The notes beneath the pieces were generated by a model. It searched no databases. It was not told the DNA's origin and worked only from the letters and a program-made list of their open reading frames with translations. From contig NC_068988.1 in the NCBI RefSeq assembly GCF_001194135.2, positions 82,909,334 to 82,964,518 on the forward strand: a DNA stretch of 55,185 nt, read 5' to 3'. The first letter of the stretch is position 1. Each line of letters starts with the position of its first letter. Shown one piece after another: positions 11,046 to 23,400 of this stretch. The position numbers were made by a program, and so were the translations under genes. This stretch comes from Octopus bimaculoides (Eukaryota).

Positions 11046-12764
11046 ATAATAGGGGTTGACAAACTTCTTAAATCATTGATCCCCTTCATAGAATTGTAGA
11101 TAAGTTATCAATCTCCCATCATGTAAATTTCAAAAATTAATTTAGAATTGCTACGAGCATGCTGGCTTGCGTCAGTAGGTTCTGTTGAAGCTTGTGGCGT
11201 GCGACCAGTCGAAGCGCTTGGTGCTGTATTGTTATTGTTTTTTTTTTTAAAGACAACTGTATTCAACAGAATTGATACACTAATGAGTTGGAGTTTCAGA
11301 ATAAGTTTTACTTGGTTATATTTTATTTTCCGTATCATTAAGCAAAGATGTATCTGTGATGAAAAAAAAAAAAAAAAAAAATTCACCACAAATGATTTAC
11401 AAAGTATAATTAATAAAAAGATTTCTTGATTTACAAACCACAATTCCTTCATTCTTCTTTATCATTGCAGCTTTTTAATACATATTTAAATAATAAATTA
11501 GTGAAATTGGTAAATAATAATAAAAATTCAGTCAAACTGATATAGTCGGAATATTTAATGACAAATATGTAATGGTGAGTTATTGCATAGGTATTTGGCA
11601 GGAAAAATAGCTGGTTTAAATCTTAGGCTACGGCGCTCTTCCAGATTAAATTCACTAATAATTCATCATCATTAGTGCCCAAAATCATTTCCGGCGTTTA
11701 TCGGCTCCTTGTACAGTCACATGGACATCCATCCACCCAGGGATCGATACTAACCACTTAACCGACCCCTGGGTTTCATCAGTGAGTTGAAGCTCCTGTC
11801 TGATAGTTTGGCGAAGTGTAGTAACAGGTTACTAAAATGTGTTGGTGTTTTAACACTATTTGACATAATGTTGCAAGCCAACAAAAGGCCTTTACGTGGT
11901 CGTTTCATTTGTTAGAAAAAGCAGCGAAATTCCCCTAAAAATCTAATCCTTATAAACGACGGAACGGTCACGGTTGGAGCTCTTCTATAATAAATCGGTG
12001 GACTCCATAGGTTGGAATTTCTCAGTTTTTGTCGGGAGTTATTCAAAATTTTTTTGTATCCTACATTGCAAAACAATGGGGGAAGCCTTTTTTTTTTNNN
12101 NNNNNNNNNNNNNNNNNNNNNNNNNNNNNNNNNNNNNNNNNNNNNNNNNNNNNNNNNNNNNNNNNNNNNNNNNNNNNNNNNNNNNNNNNNNNNNNNNNNN
12201 NNNNNNNNNNNNNNNNNNNNNNNNNNNNNNNNNNNNNNNNNNNNNNNNNNNNNNNNNNNNNNNNNNNNNNNNNNNNNNNNNNNNNNNNNNNNNNNNNNNN
12301 NNNNNNNNNNNNNNNNNNNNNNNNNNNNNNNNNNNNNNNNNNNNNNNNNNNNNNNNNNNNNNNNNNNNNNNNNNNNNNNNNNNNNNNNNNNNNNNNNNNN
12401 NNNNNNNNNNNNNNNNNNNNNNNNNNNNNNNNNNNNNNNNNNNNNNNNNNNNNNNNNNNNNNNNNNNNNNNNNNNNNNNNNNNNNNNNNNNNNNNNNNNN
12501 NNNNNNNNNNNNNNNNNNNNNNNNNNNNNNNNNNNNNNNNNNNNNNNNNNNNNNNNNNNNNNNNNNNNNNNNNNNNNNNNNNNNNNNNACCAAAGTCATT
12601 TTAAAATAGTTATTAAAAGTAAAAGAAATATACGAAGGAATATTGGTGTCTTTATATTTTATTGAATTACGTTGTGTCAGCAATATAAAGCTAGTTCAAC
12701 TAAGAAAATGTTAGAAAGATAAATAGACGGCTAACATAAAAAAAATAGCATCTACGTATTTTGT

Positions 12765-12898
12765 TATCGATATAGTTGCAAAAAGTAGAAACACTAATTA
12801 AACAAAAAGTTATTAAATTTAATAAACATCGCTGTTTTTTTTTTTAATGTTATCAAAATTCATGCTCGCATTAATTAAGCCTTGTGAATATTTCGCGC
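12765..12898 (+). promoter_or_regulatory. DRE-like TATCGATA (12765-12772) and E2F-like TTTCGCGC (12891-12898) motifs
   Basis: Exact matches about 195 and 70 bp upstream of the RNASEH2B ATG. Function inferred only. Confidence 0.4.
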
Positions 12899-12966
12899 CA
12901 TTTCACTCATCATAGTTATTCACTGTGTTCTCCTTCTATGGTGAAGTTCGAAGTGCAACTCTAAGC

Positions 12967-13033
12967 ATGCCGAGAACAGAGATGAAAGCTTTCCTAGATG
13001 ATGGTCCCAAACAATACTTTATGTTGATTGACA
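12967..13033 (+). CDS. RNASEH2B: RNASEH2B exon 1 (MPRTEMKAFLDDGPKQYFMLID)
   Basis: ATG at 12967, donor gtaaga, phase 1 joins exon 2 in frame. QYFMLI resembles the QHVFLV-type N-terminus. Confidence 0.8.
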
Positions 13034-16000
13034 GTAAGAAAAACAATGACATATATTTTATTTTGTACTGAAATGCTCATCACAGCCTTTTCATACGTAA
13101 CATTAATACTGTTGTCATTTTTAGCACCAGGTCAGCTTCCATCTAGCAGATCTATGATCAAAGGTATTCCAGCCACGAACATCCCTCTTTAAGTACATTA
13201 TGCAATGTGTTTTTTTTTTCTTTCTAGACCGTAGGGTTTGATCTAAGGGAATTTGTTGGCGGATTTTTCAAGCAATTCGAGCGCCTACGTTCAGACTCCC
13301 TCGTTTGTCAGCTGGAACATAACTTTCGTAAATACACCGCTGACTCGTCATTGTAGTGTTTAAAGTTATACAAAAACTCCAGGCATGATTAAAAAATTAA
13401 CTAAAAAATGTTTCGTTTTTTTGATGACTGTGTATAGATGTAGTCTGCATGTATTATGCCTATTTAGTTTAGCATACAAGATAATACGAGTCTCATATTT
13501 GAAAAATAATTAGAACTTCAGTTAAAGCCTTAGATATTTTAATTGTTTTTTATAACTAGAAAATAAATGAGTTTATTTTGCTGGGAGAATATTATGGTTT
13601 TGAAGTGAACAATAATGTTGAGATTAAAAAGAAAAAAAAAACTTTTAAAAGGAAATTCATTAATGTCATTATTTTCGTCCATTAAATATTTTCCTTATTT
13701 TGTTTTTTAAACGATAAAGTTAATGTTTATAATATTACTCGGAAATGAAATCGAAAAAAAAAAAAATAGGGCAACGAGTGTAAAAAAATGTGTAGGAAAC
13801 GAACCTGAAAACAAAAATGTGCGGAAAGCTATGCGGGTGGGTTGGGAGAGGACTTCGGGAAATTCACAAGATCCGAGTTNNNNNNNNNNCAAACTGCATG
13901 CATTACGGATGCCTAATGTGCCGCAAACCTCTTATTTTTGTTCGGAAAAAAAGGGGTGTGTGTGTAGAAAACCGGAATTATTGGAAAATGTTTTTCTTTT
14001 TCTCAATGAATGAATTATGGTAACCTAGTATGATACAAAACACATTTTTGTCCGGAAAACGGGGGCTGTTTCTTTCTTTAAAATTTTGTTTAAATTTTAC
14101 AAGTGCACCTTTACCATAACTAGGAATCCGAAGAAATTTTTAAAAACAAAATGCATTTTTGAAGGTGAGGTCCAAAAGTGCATTAGCCCCCTTTCTTTAA
14201 GTATATTTTAAGATAACATTTTACAGAAATACGTGTTCTAGAGTGTGGATTACATTAGATTAAAAATTCAAACAAGTTTGATAAGAACAATAAGTGGTAA
14301 CGAAGTCTGGGCAGCAGAGAGAAAGAATGATACAAAATCCGTATAAAAACCACGTTAGTATTTGTGTGTGTGTGAAACATGTAAAAGTATATTAAAACAA
14401 AATATCTTTTACATACCTCTTAAAAATCATTGGATATATTAATCCCTGATTGCAGATTGTGGCATATTAGGTCACCATAATTCATTCATCGATAAAAAGA
14501 AAAACAACTTTCCAATAATTCCGGTTTTCCGCCCCACTTTTTTTCCGAACAAAAATAAGGGGTTTGTGGCACATTAGGCATCCATAATATATGCTCTTTG
14601 GAAGGTATATACAATTTCATTAAAAGATATTCATTTTCCTCAAAGTTATGGGCGAAAAAAAATCGAACCTTGTGAATTTTTCGTAGTCCTCTCCTCACCC
14701 CTCGGAAAAGAGTTTACCCACAAATTTCTTTATAATCGTAATCTATACCGTTTGAAAGTAATTTCTATAAAATTTCATTAAAAAAAACCAATTTTCCTAA
14801 AAGTTATGAGAAAAAAAAACTCGGATCTTGTGAATTTTCCGAAGTCCTTTTGCCACTCCCACCCCCATTGCTTTCCACACATTTTTGTTTTCAGATTCAT
14901 TTTCTACACATTTTTTTTTTTATACCTGTTACACTATTTTTTCTTTTTTGATTTCGTTTCTTGATAATAAACATTAACTTTAATATTTAAAAAACAAAAA
15001 CAAGGAAAATACTTAAACATTAACCAATTTTAATATTGATGCATATTTAGTCCTTTCCTTTGTGGTTGTTGAGAATTAGATCCATTCTTGTTTTGTAAAT
15101 ATCATTACAACGTCAGAAATTATAGTTTCTTGGAGCTGCATATTTAATCAATTACCCACATGTTGAATCTAAGCCAGAACACCCACCTGTTTTGATCTGT
15201 TAAATCATAGACCTGTCTCTCCATTTACTCTCTCTTCTATAACCCTTGCTTTGTCATCAACCTGTTTCTTTTTCATTACACTTTCCTCTATCATCCTCTC
15301 ATTCTAGTTATTTCTCATTACTCTATCTCCCTCTTGCCATAGACAAGACAACTCTCTGGTGCTGGTGCAATGAACAAATGAAAAGAAACAACATAGACTA
15401 GAAGGTACTCTTTAATCTTGCTGGAGACAGGGCAATCTTTCTAGTGTTGGTATCAAAATAAAATACACCCTTTACTCTCCGTAAAGTAAGTGATGTTATG
15501 AAGGACAGCTAGCTGTAGCAACCATGTCAGAATTGGAACATACAAGTGAAACAGGGTCCCAGCCTATCTAGGAGGACAATAACTCTACATTAGTACTGAC
15601 TCAGATCATGCCAATCTATCCAATTCATGCTAGCATTGAAAAGCGATGGGTAATAACAATGATTTAGAGCAGTGGTTCTCAACCTTTTTAATATCCGGGC
15701 TAAATTCAAAACCTTGATTTTTTTTTTAGGGGGCTGCATCAAAAAAGTAAAACAAGTCATTTAAAGAAAAATTTATTTTCTTTATAAAGGGAAGACTGTA
15801 ACAAAACATAGTAGAGCAATGGAATTTAATGTGAAACTTGATTTTGCTTTCAACTTTGAACTAGTTTGTCAAAACAAGGGTTCATGGTGGAAGATGTAGT
15901 ATGCGAAAGCTGATTGACATGATGGTCAGTCAGTGGGTTGCAATATTTTGTTTTGATACCCACCAGTTTGATGAGAGGTGCTTCACACGCATGTTGGACC

Positions 16001-19000
16001 AAACACACAGAGGTATTTTTCTGTGCATTAGGACATTTCACTTGTGGGATTCAACTCCAGAAGTAGTAGACTAGCCTTGAAAGCAGATGTCAGCTCCACA
16101 TTTGACTGCAAGTCTAGGAACTTCATTTGAAATTCAACAGGATTGGTGACTGCATCTATCTCCGTAGGTGCTTAACATATTTTCATCAAGAGCAGGGAAT
16201 CTTGATGTCATAAATATGGCATTCAAGTTCATTTAAGTCACTAATGATTCTGTTGTATGATTTGTTATTGTGCTCAGAAAGTTAGGGGAAATAGGATGTA
16301 GTGCCATGTGCATTATGCGTCTTCCAAAAGTGAAGCTTTGCAATGAAAGTACACACTGCTGCACAATTCATGGCAGAACTTGTCCTTTCTTTATAGGGCA
16401 CAGTTCGAAGCAAAAAGGTGTGTGGTGATATCAATCATGAAAGCCAAATCAGCAATCCATTCTTTGTTGCCAAGCTGAGGGAAGATTATCTTCCCTTCAA
16501 CAAAAGCTTTGATTTTTGAGAGAAGTTTGTAGAACTTATTGAGACAGCTTCACCACCAAACAACAAGTGTACATGAGCATGTCTCTATTAGTTCAGAGCT
16601 TTTCTTGAATCCAATTTATGATTGTTATTGCGGCCTCTGTTACATTGGCCATTTTTAGTGACTTAGTAATGATATTTTCTTGGTGAAAAATGCAGTGGTG
16701 TCATATCACAGAAATAAAGTTGTCTTCTGCTTACCATCTCGTAGTGAGTTCTTGAAGATTTTGTTTCTGTCCAAGTATAGAAGGACCTCCATCTGTGGTG
16801 AACAAAGACAGCTTTGATAGATCCAAATGTGCTTATTATAAGGCTTGCATGAAATACACGGAATATGTTTGTCCCTTTTATTGAGCCATGAATGGATCAC
16901 AGTGTGAGAAATTCTTCATTAATCTGGAAGTCTGGCATGACTCCTCTGATGAATGCAACTTATTGCTCTGTACTGCTAATATCTTTTGTGCCATCATGAA
17001 TAGTAGAGTAGCAAACAAAATCCCTCAGCTTACTGAGAAGCTGATCATATAGGTTGCTAGATATGCATTCAACTCAAGTTACTGTGTTATTGCCAAATTG
17101 TATTTTCTAAGCTTTTTATTGAATGTTAGAATGAAATATCTCAGTGAACACAACAACAGCCTGTTTCATGATTTCACCATCTAAATGCAGCTTCATATGG
17201 CAAGCCAGAAGGTGGCTAATCCTGTATGATGCCATCGTTTTGTCTTTAGATCACTTACATCATCATCCTTTAGCATCTGCTTTCCATGCTGGAACTTGTA
17301 AGCCAGAGAGCTGCACCAAGTTCTGGTCTGATTTGGCNNNNNNNNNNTTGTAAGCCAGAGAGCTGCACCAAGTTCTGGTCTGATTTGGCACAGTTTCTAC
17401 AATTGGATACCCTTCTTAAACCCAACCGCTCCAGGAGTGTAATGGGTGCCTTTTATGTGCCATCAACACAGGTGCTTTTTTGTGCCACTGGCATGAGTGC
17501 TTGCATTGGCACCAGCATGAGTGCTAGCATCGACACCAGCATTGGCCATGACTACAATTTCACTTGGCTTGACAAGTCTTCTCAAGCACAGCATATCAAA
17601 GGTCTTGGTCACTTGTCATTGCCTCCATGAGGTCTAATGTTCAATGATCATGCCTCACTATCTTGTCTCATGTCTTCCTGGGTCTACCTCTTCCACAGAG
17701 TCCTTCCACCGTTAGAGATTGGCACTTCTTTACACAGCTGTCCTATCCATATGCACCATGTGGCCATACCAGTGCCATGTCCAAATTATGTCTTATGCCC
17801 AAATTATGTCTTGCTTTGTTTTGCTTTGTGTGTGCTGACTTTAAGAATTCCTATTTTCTTTGCCTTGATTCTTCTTAGTAGCAGTCATATTCTGCAGAAC
17901 GAGTTTTGTAGTGCCTCTCAGTATTAAACAACATCAAACTCTTTATTGCCACAGGACAAAAAAGGCAGTGTGCCTTGTTGCTTTTTCAGTCACAAGATAT
18001 CTTACTTCCCAATTGGCTTGAAATGCACAGTTGTCTTGTCTAAGTGTACAAGCTTTCTTCAAAGGTAGTTCTGCCATGACAGTGAGTGATGATTAATGCA
18101 CTGAGGAAAGAATAAATAAGAGCTGACTGAGTGGCTTGCTTTACCAACACTGGTAATTGATGGTCATAGTGCAGATTGATAATGCTCATTTACTGTTCTG
18201 TAATTGATCTGTCTGTATCTCCGTTTCATGCCATTGTGTGCATGCGTGTGTGTCTCTGTCCATACTAAAGTTGTAGCAAGCTCAAGTCAATGAATGAAGG
18301 AAAATAGTGCAACTTCAGGTGAAAACAGACCCTTGTTTGATATCTTTCAAAACATTTTAATTTTGGTACCAGTAGTTCTGAATATGCATGAATACTTTCT
18401 AAATCAGAGGTTTTTATTATATTTAAAAAAAAACGTCAAGAGCTGCTGGAAGAATGTTTGAGTACTACATATGGCCCTGGAAGCCATGGTTGAAAATCAC
18501 TAACTTAGACAATTCAAGTATGAAACAATGAAACGGGAAACAACAATATCAAAAGCCAAAGCAATGGACTCTAGGGAGAATGCTAGTATTTCTAACTATG
18601 ATATCTTCACATGTAATACTGTTGTTAGAAAGGTAGATGGAAAACTATTACAGCTGCTACTTCTCAGAAGTGATTTGCTTTTGTGGGGGGTGGGAGTATA
18701 GACATGACTGCAGATAATGTCCAGTAATGAAAGCCATCTGTCACAAGCATAAGAAAAAAGGCCATTTTTATATGTGTTAATCTCATAATAAATCAATAAG
18801 GTGTCATATAAACCAGGTAATGGTATTAATTTTCAATGCATTAATTTCTTCAATTTTGTTGTTTCATTAATATTGTAATTAGCAATCAGTCTGTGCAAGA
18901 TTCAGTGCTGTTATTAAGTTGAATAGTTTAACCAGTAACCCTTCTGATATTCATTTGAGACTGTCTTGGTTTTATCATACAAATTTCTTGTTTTAAAGTG

Positions 19001-20356
19001 ATCTAATTTAAAACCTTCCATCAAGTTTTGTGTTAAATTATGTACCATGCACCAGCTTAATAAGAAAATTGTTCTATTAACTCTTTCATTACTTTTGAAA
19101 TGAAGTGAAACAAAGGTCATGTGAGAGAATAAAAATACATAAACTAGGTTTGTTAACCCTTTTAATACCAACCATCTAAAATCACCCTTGGTTCTGGATA
19201 CAAACTTCCTGTTTCTAATTTAATATAATTATTCTAATTTAAACTATTCTAATTTAAAATCTTCAGTTTGATTTATATGCCTACACCAGCTTAATAATGA
19301 CAGTTCTTATACTAAATTCTTCAATATTTTCAATATGAACTGAAACAATGAAGTATATTTAAACAAAAATATGGCAACAAAAGGGCTAAAGAAATGTGAG
19401 AACCACATCATCTTTTTAACAAATGCTTGATAATACAATTCAATAAGAATGTCAACATGTAAAAAAAATATTAACCAAGTTCCTCTATCCAGATCTATGA
19501 AGCAATTCATTCTTTGTTTATGAGATATTACTGTATATACTCACAGATAGGTTACACCTGTGGATAGGTCACACCCTTAGTTTGGGGTTGTCAAAGTAGG
19601 CATTTGTGGTTGGGGAGTTACATGGCCCTTTTTTAACGTAAACTTTCTTTCTGCAGATCTGTTTCCATGTTGTTTTGCATAATCCACCACTTTCAACTTA
19701 AAACCTACTGCATAACTCTTTCTCTTACTCATGATTAGGGTTTGCAATTATTAAAATTTCTAACTAAAAATCGGAATGAATCGGGGTTGTCAAAAAGACC
19801 AATATGCAGACTTCCTGCTTCCGTTTTCTAGTAAACAGACATCACAAAAATGTTTCCATAACAACTTGAAAACTGAAAAGCCCAAGCCCAGGGTACATGC
19901 CTGGACTACTGATATGCTGCCATCTACTTCAGATCCCTGTGATGTTGAGTGGATAGGTTGCACTCCTGATTTTTATTGAAATTTGTGTTAAAGAAAAAAT
20001 TACGACCTATCTGCAAGTATATACAGTAGTCCCAGTTCATAAACTTTAGTCCATATTTAAGTTTATGGACTAAAACTTCGTACAGAAGGTAGGATATAAT
20101 CATATTTTGGATCAGTACCATACACAGAAAATATTTTGATAAATTTGATATTTTATTCTTTTATTCATTTCAGTCATTTTGATTGTGGCTTTCTTGGAGC
20201 ACCGCATTTAGTCAAGCAAATTGACCCCAGGACTTATTCTTTGTAAGCCTGGACTTATTCTATCGGTCTCTTATGCCGAACCACTAAGTTACAGGGACGT
20301 AAACACACCAGCATCGATGTCAAACAATGTTGGGACACACACACACAAACATATAA

Positions 20357-20391
<35 letters not shown>

Positions 20392-20398
20392 ATATGTA

Positions 20399-20437
<39 letters not shown>

Positions 20438-23400
20438 NNNNNNNNNNNNNNNNNNATTCGACGGGCTTCTTTCAGTTTCTGTCTACCAAACCCACTCACA
20501 AGGCTTTAGTCGGCCCGAGGCTATAGTAGAAGACACTTGCCCAAGGTGCCGTGCAGTGGGACTGAACCTGGAACCATGTGGTTGGTTAGCAAGCTACTTA
20601 CCACACAGCCACTCCTGCACCTAAAAATATGTATGTACATTCATACATATTCACATTTATGCCAATAATAATCGGTGCACTTGATGTTGTGAGTAAATGC
20701 CTCAGTGATAATCTGGATAAACTAGCTTTAACAAATATTAGATTACAGAATTAAGAAAAAATGGTGGTGGAACATACTTTTTTGGATGTTGAATCTCACA
20801 GAGGCAATGACAAGTAATTGAGACCTTTCGATTTGCTGTGCTTGAGAAGACACATCAAGCCAAGCAAAATCACTCTTGGAGTAGTTGGTATTAGGAATGG
20901 TATCCAGCCGTAGAAACCAAGACAAACTAGACTGAAGCCTGGTACAGCTCTCTGGCTTACCAGTTCCAGTCAAACCATCTAACCCATGCAAAAATATGTA
21001 TGTACATTCATACATGCATACATATTCACATTTGTGCCAATAATAATCAGTGCACTTGATGTGAGTAAATGCCTAAGTGACAATCTAGGCTTTTCAGAAA
21101 AAGAAATCCACACAGTTTCCATTTACAAAATTTACTTGCAACAATTGTCAACAAAATTTGCTTGCAACAATTGTCAGTCTAGGGCTATGATTGACAACAC
21201 TTGCCCAAGGTACTGCACAGTGGTACTGAACCTGAAATCACAGTTACAAAGCAAGCTTCTTAACCACACACCCATGACTGCATCTATATTATAACAATTT
21301 ACACACAATACAACACCTCTAAATTTCTGTTATGCTTTTCAATAAATCAAAAATGAAAAAAAAATCAACATTTATATGCTTTTATTATAAAATTATTTTA
21401 TTTTTAACTTTGAAACTCTCATTGTTCTTCATCATTTCAAATAAAAGCAACAACATTGTTATTTGCTTATGTTTACTTTATGTATTTCTGTTTCTTCTAG
21501 AAACTGCCATCAATCCTGTTGATGGTGTTGAAAGTGATGCAATCTTTTACAAACTCCGACATCCTTGCACAGGTAAAAATCTTCAAATTATTATTTAGAG
21601 TTTGAAAACAATTTTATGACATACAACTTTTAAAATATTTTACTAAAAATACACATGTGCATGCATGCACATGCAAGTGTTGCATGTGCTTAGAATATAG
21701 TTTTATTTGGCTGACATTTACCTGGAATTGCATCTACTTTAATCTCTGAAAAAAGGGACAGTTCAAGAATGAATTACATCATCATCATCATCGTTTAATG
21801 TCCGCTCTCCATGCTAGCATGGGTTGGACGATTTGACTGAGGACTGGTGAACCAGATGGCTACACCAGGCTCCAATCTGATTTGGCAGAGTTTCTACAGC
21901 TGAATGCCCTTCCTAACGCCAACCACTCCGAGAGTGTAGTGGGTAGAATGATCCTTCATTTAAGGGAATTAAATAATCAGATTTATTAAATTAAATAATC
22001 AGATTTATTTATAAAATCTGAATATTCATATCTTCAGTGTCATTGGTAACCTAGAGTATACTTCTGTCATCAGGAATAGGACATGCATACAGTAACCATA
22101 GTTCAACTTAAGGCAGTGAGCTGGCAGAATTTTTAGCACACCAGGCAAAATGTTTAGCGGTATGTCATCTATTTACATTTGACGGATATTTGTCCTCATC
22201 TTGTTTGTTGTTAACACGTTTCGGCTGATATACCCTCCAGCCTTCGTCAGGTGTCTTGGAGAAATTTCGAACCTGGGTTCTCATTCCTAAGGTATTTTTC
22301 GATGTTGTTGTACCTTTTATGTTCACTTTCTCTATCTCTCTTTTACTCTCTCTGTATGATGTAAAGTGTGACTGGTGAAATCAACCAGCCAACTAACCAA
22401 CCAATCAACTTTTATATTGGCTATTTTAATATATAGAGATTGAAACCTTTACTTTTTATGCAAATCATGTATAGGGTACATAGAAAATGGTTTCTAATTT
22501 AGATTGAAGGCCACAAATTTTGAGAGGAGGATAAGTTGATACCAGTGACTCCAATACTTGATTGATGCTTTTAGTTTATTGACACTGGAGGGATGAAAGG
22601 CAAAGTTGACCTCAGTGAGATTTGAATTCAGAATGAGAAAAAAAAAAATACGGCAATGCAGTTTATCCGATGCTCTAATGATTCTGTTAGCTTCACCATG
22701 TTAGCTACACATGAGAGAATCATTAACAATGGTTTAAAGTTCAGTTCTCCATGCTTGCATGGGTCAGACAGAATTTATTGAGGTAGATTTTCCACAGTCT
22801 GATGCACTTCCTGTTGTCACCCTTACTTGTTTCCATGTGAGGTAATATTTCCTCATAGCTGGGCATGTTTTCATGGAAGATTGGAAACAAAGGACACTGC
22901 TTGAATAAAAGTGACACTCATTCGCAACTATCACATGAGGCCAAGACAAAAGAGAAACAAACTCATATTCCTATATATGCACACACACACACATGAAGGA
23001 TTCTTTCAGTTTCCATCTGCCAAATCCACTCACAAGGCTTTGGTTGATCCAGTGTTATAGCAGAAGACTCTTGCCCTAGGTGCCATGCTGTGGGACTGAG
23101 TCTGTAACCATGTGGTTGGGAAACAAATTTCTTAACCACCAGCCTGAAAACCAGATTTATTGAAGAACTGTGAGAACTACATATATTACACGAATATGGT
23201 AACCTAGCTCATCACAGAAATTAATCAGAAGCATAAACATTTTTTAGAATTTTCTTCAACAAAAATATATATTTAGTTGTTTAGATCTTAAAGTGTGCAG
23301 ATCTAAAGATTGTGTACAAGATTAAAAAAAAAATTAGTTCCAGATTTTTTATTTTTTATTCTCTCTCATGTACCAATATTTGCCTGTTCCACTTTGTTTA

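Larger units (their letters stand above)
11140..13420. promoter_or_regulatory. CpG-retaining region, probable bidirectional promoter
   Basis: CG dinucleotides are visibly more frequent than in flanking introns (not counted). Lies between RNASEH2B exon 1 and the divergent exons. Includes a gap of about 490 N. Confidence 0.5.

Noticed and set aside
4993-11562. Identical 16-mer cggaatatttaatgac at 4993-5008 and 11547-11562
   Set aside because: AT-rich, with no extension on either side. One such match is plausible by chance in 55 kb.
11974-12683. Long ORFs of 190-217 aa (also 40078-40768, 8197-8690)
   Set aside because: They are made of N runs and microsatellites.
17296-17390. Perfect ~40-bp direct repeat (also ~70 bp at 36241-36390 and 6 bp at 38232-38256)
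   Set aside because: Each pair flanks a 10-N gap, the signature of unmerged contig overlaps, so it is an assembly artefact.
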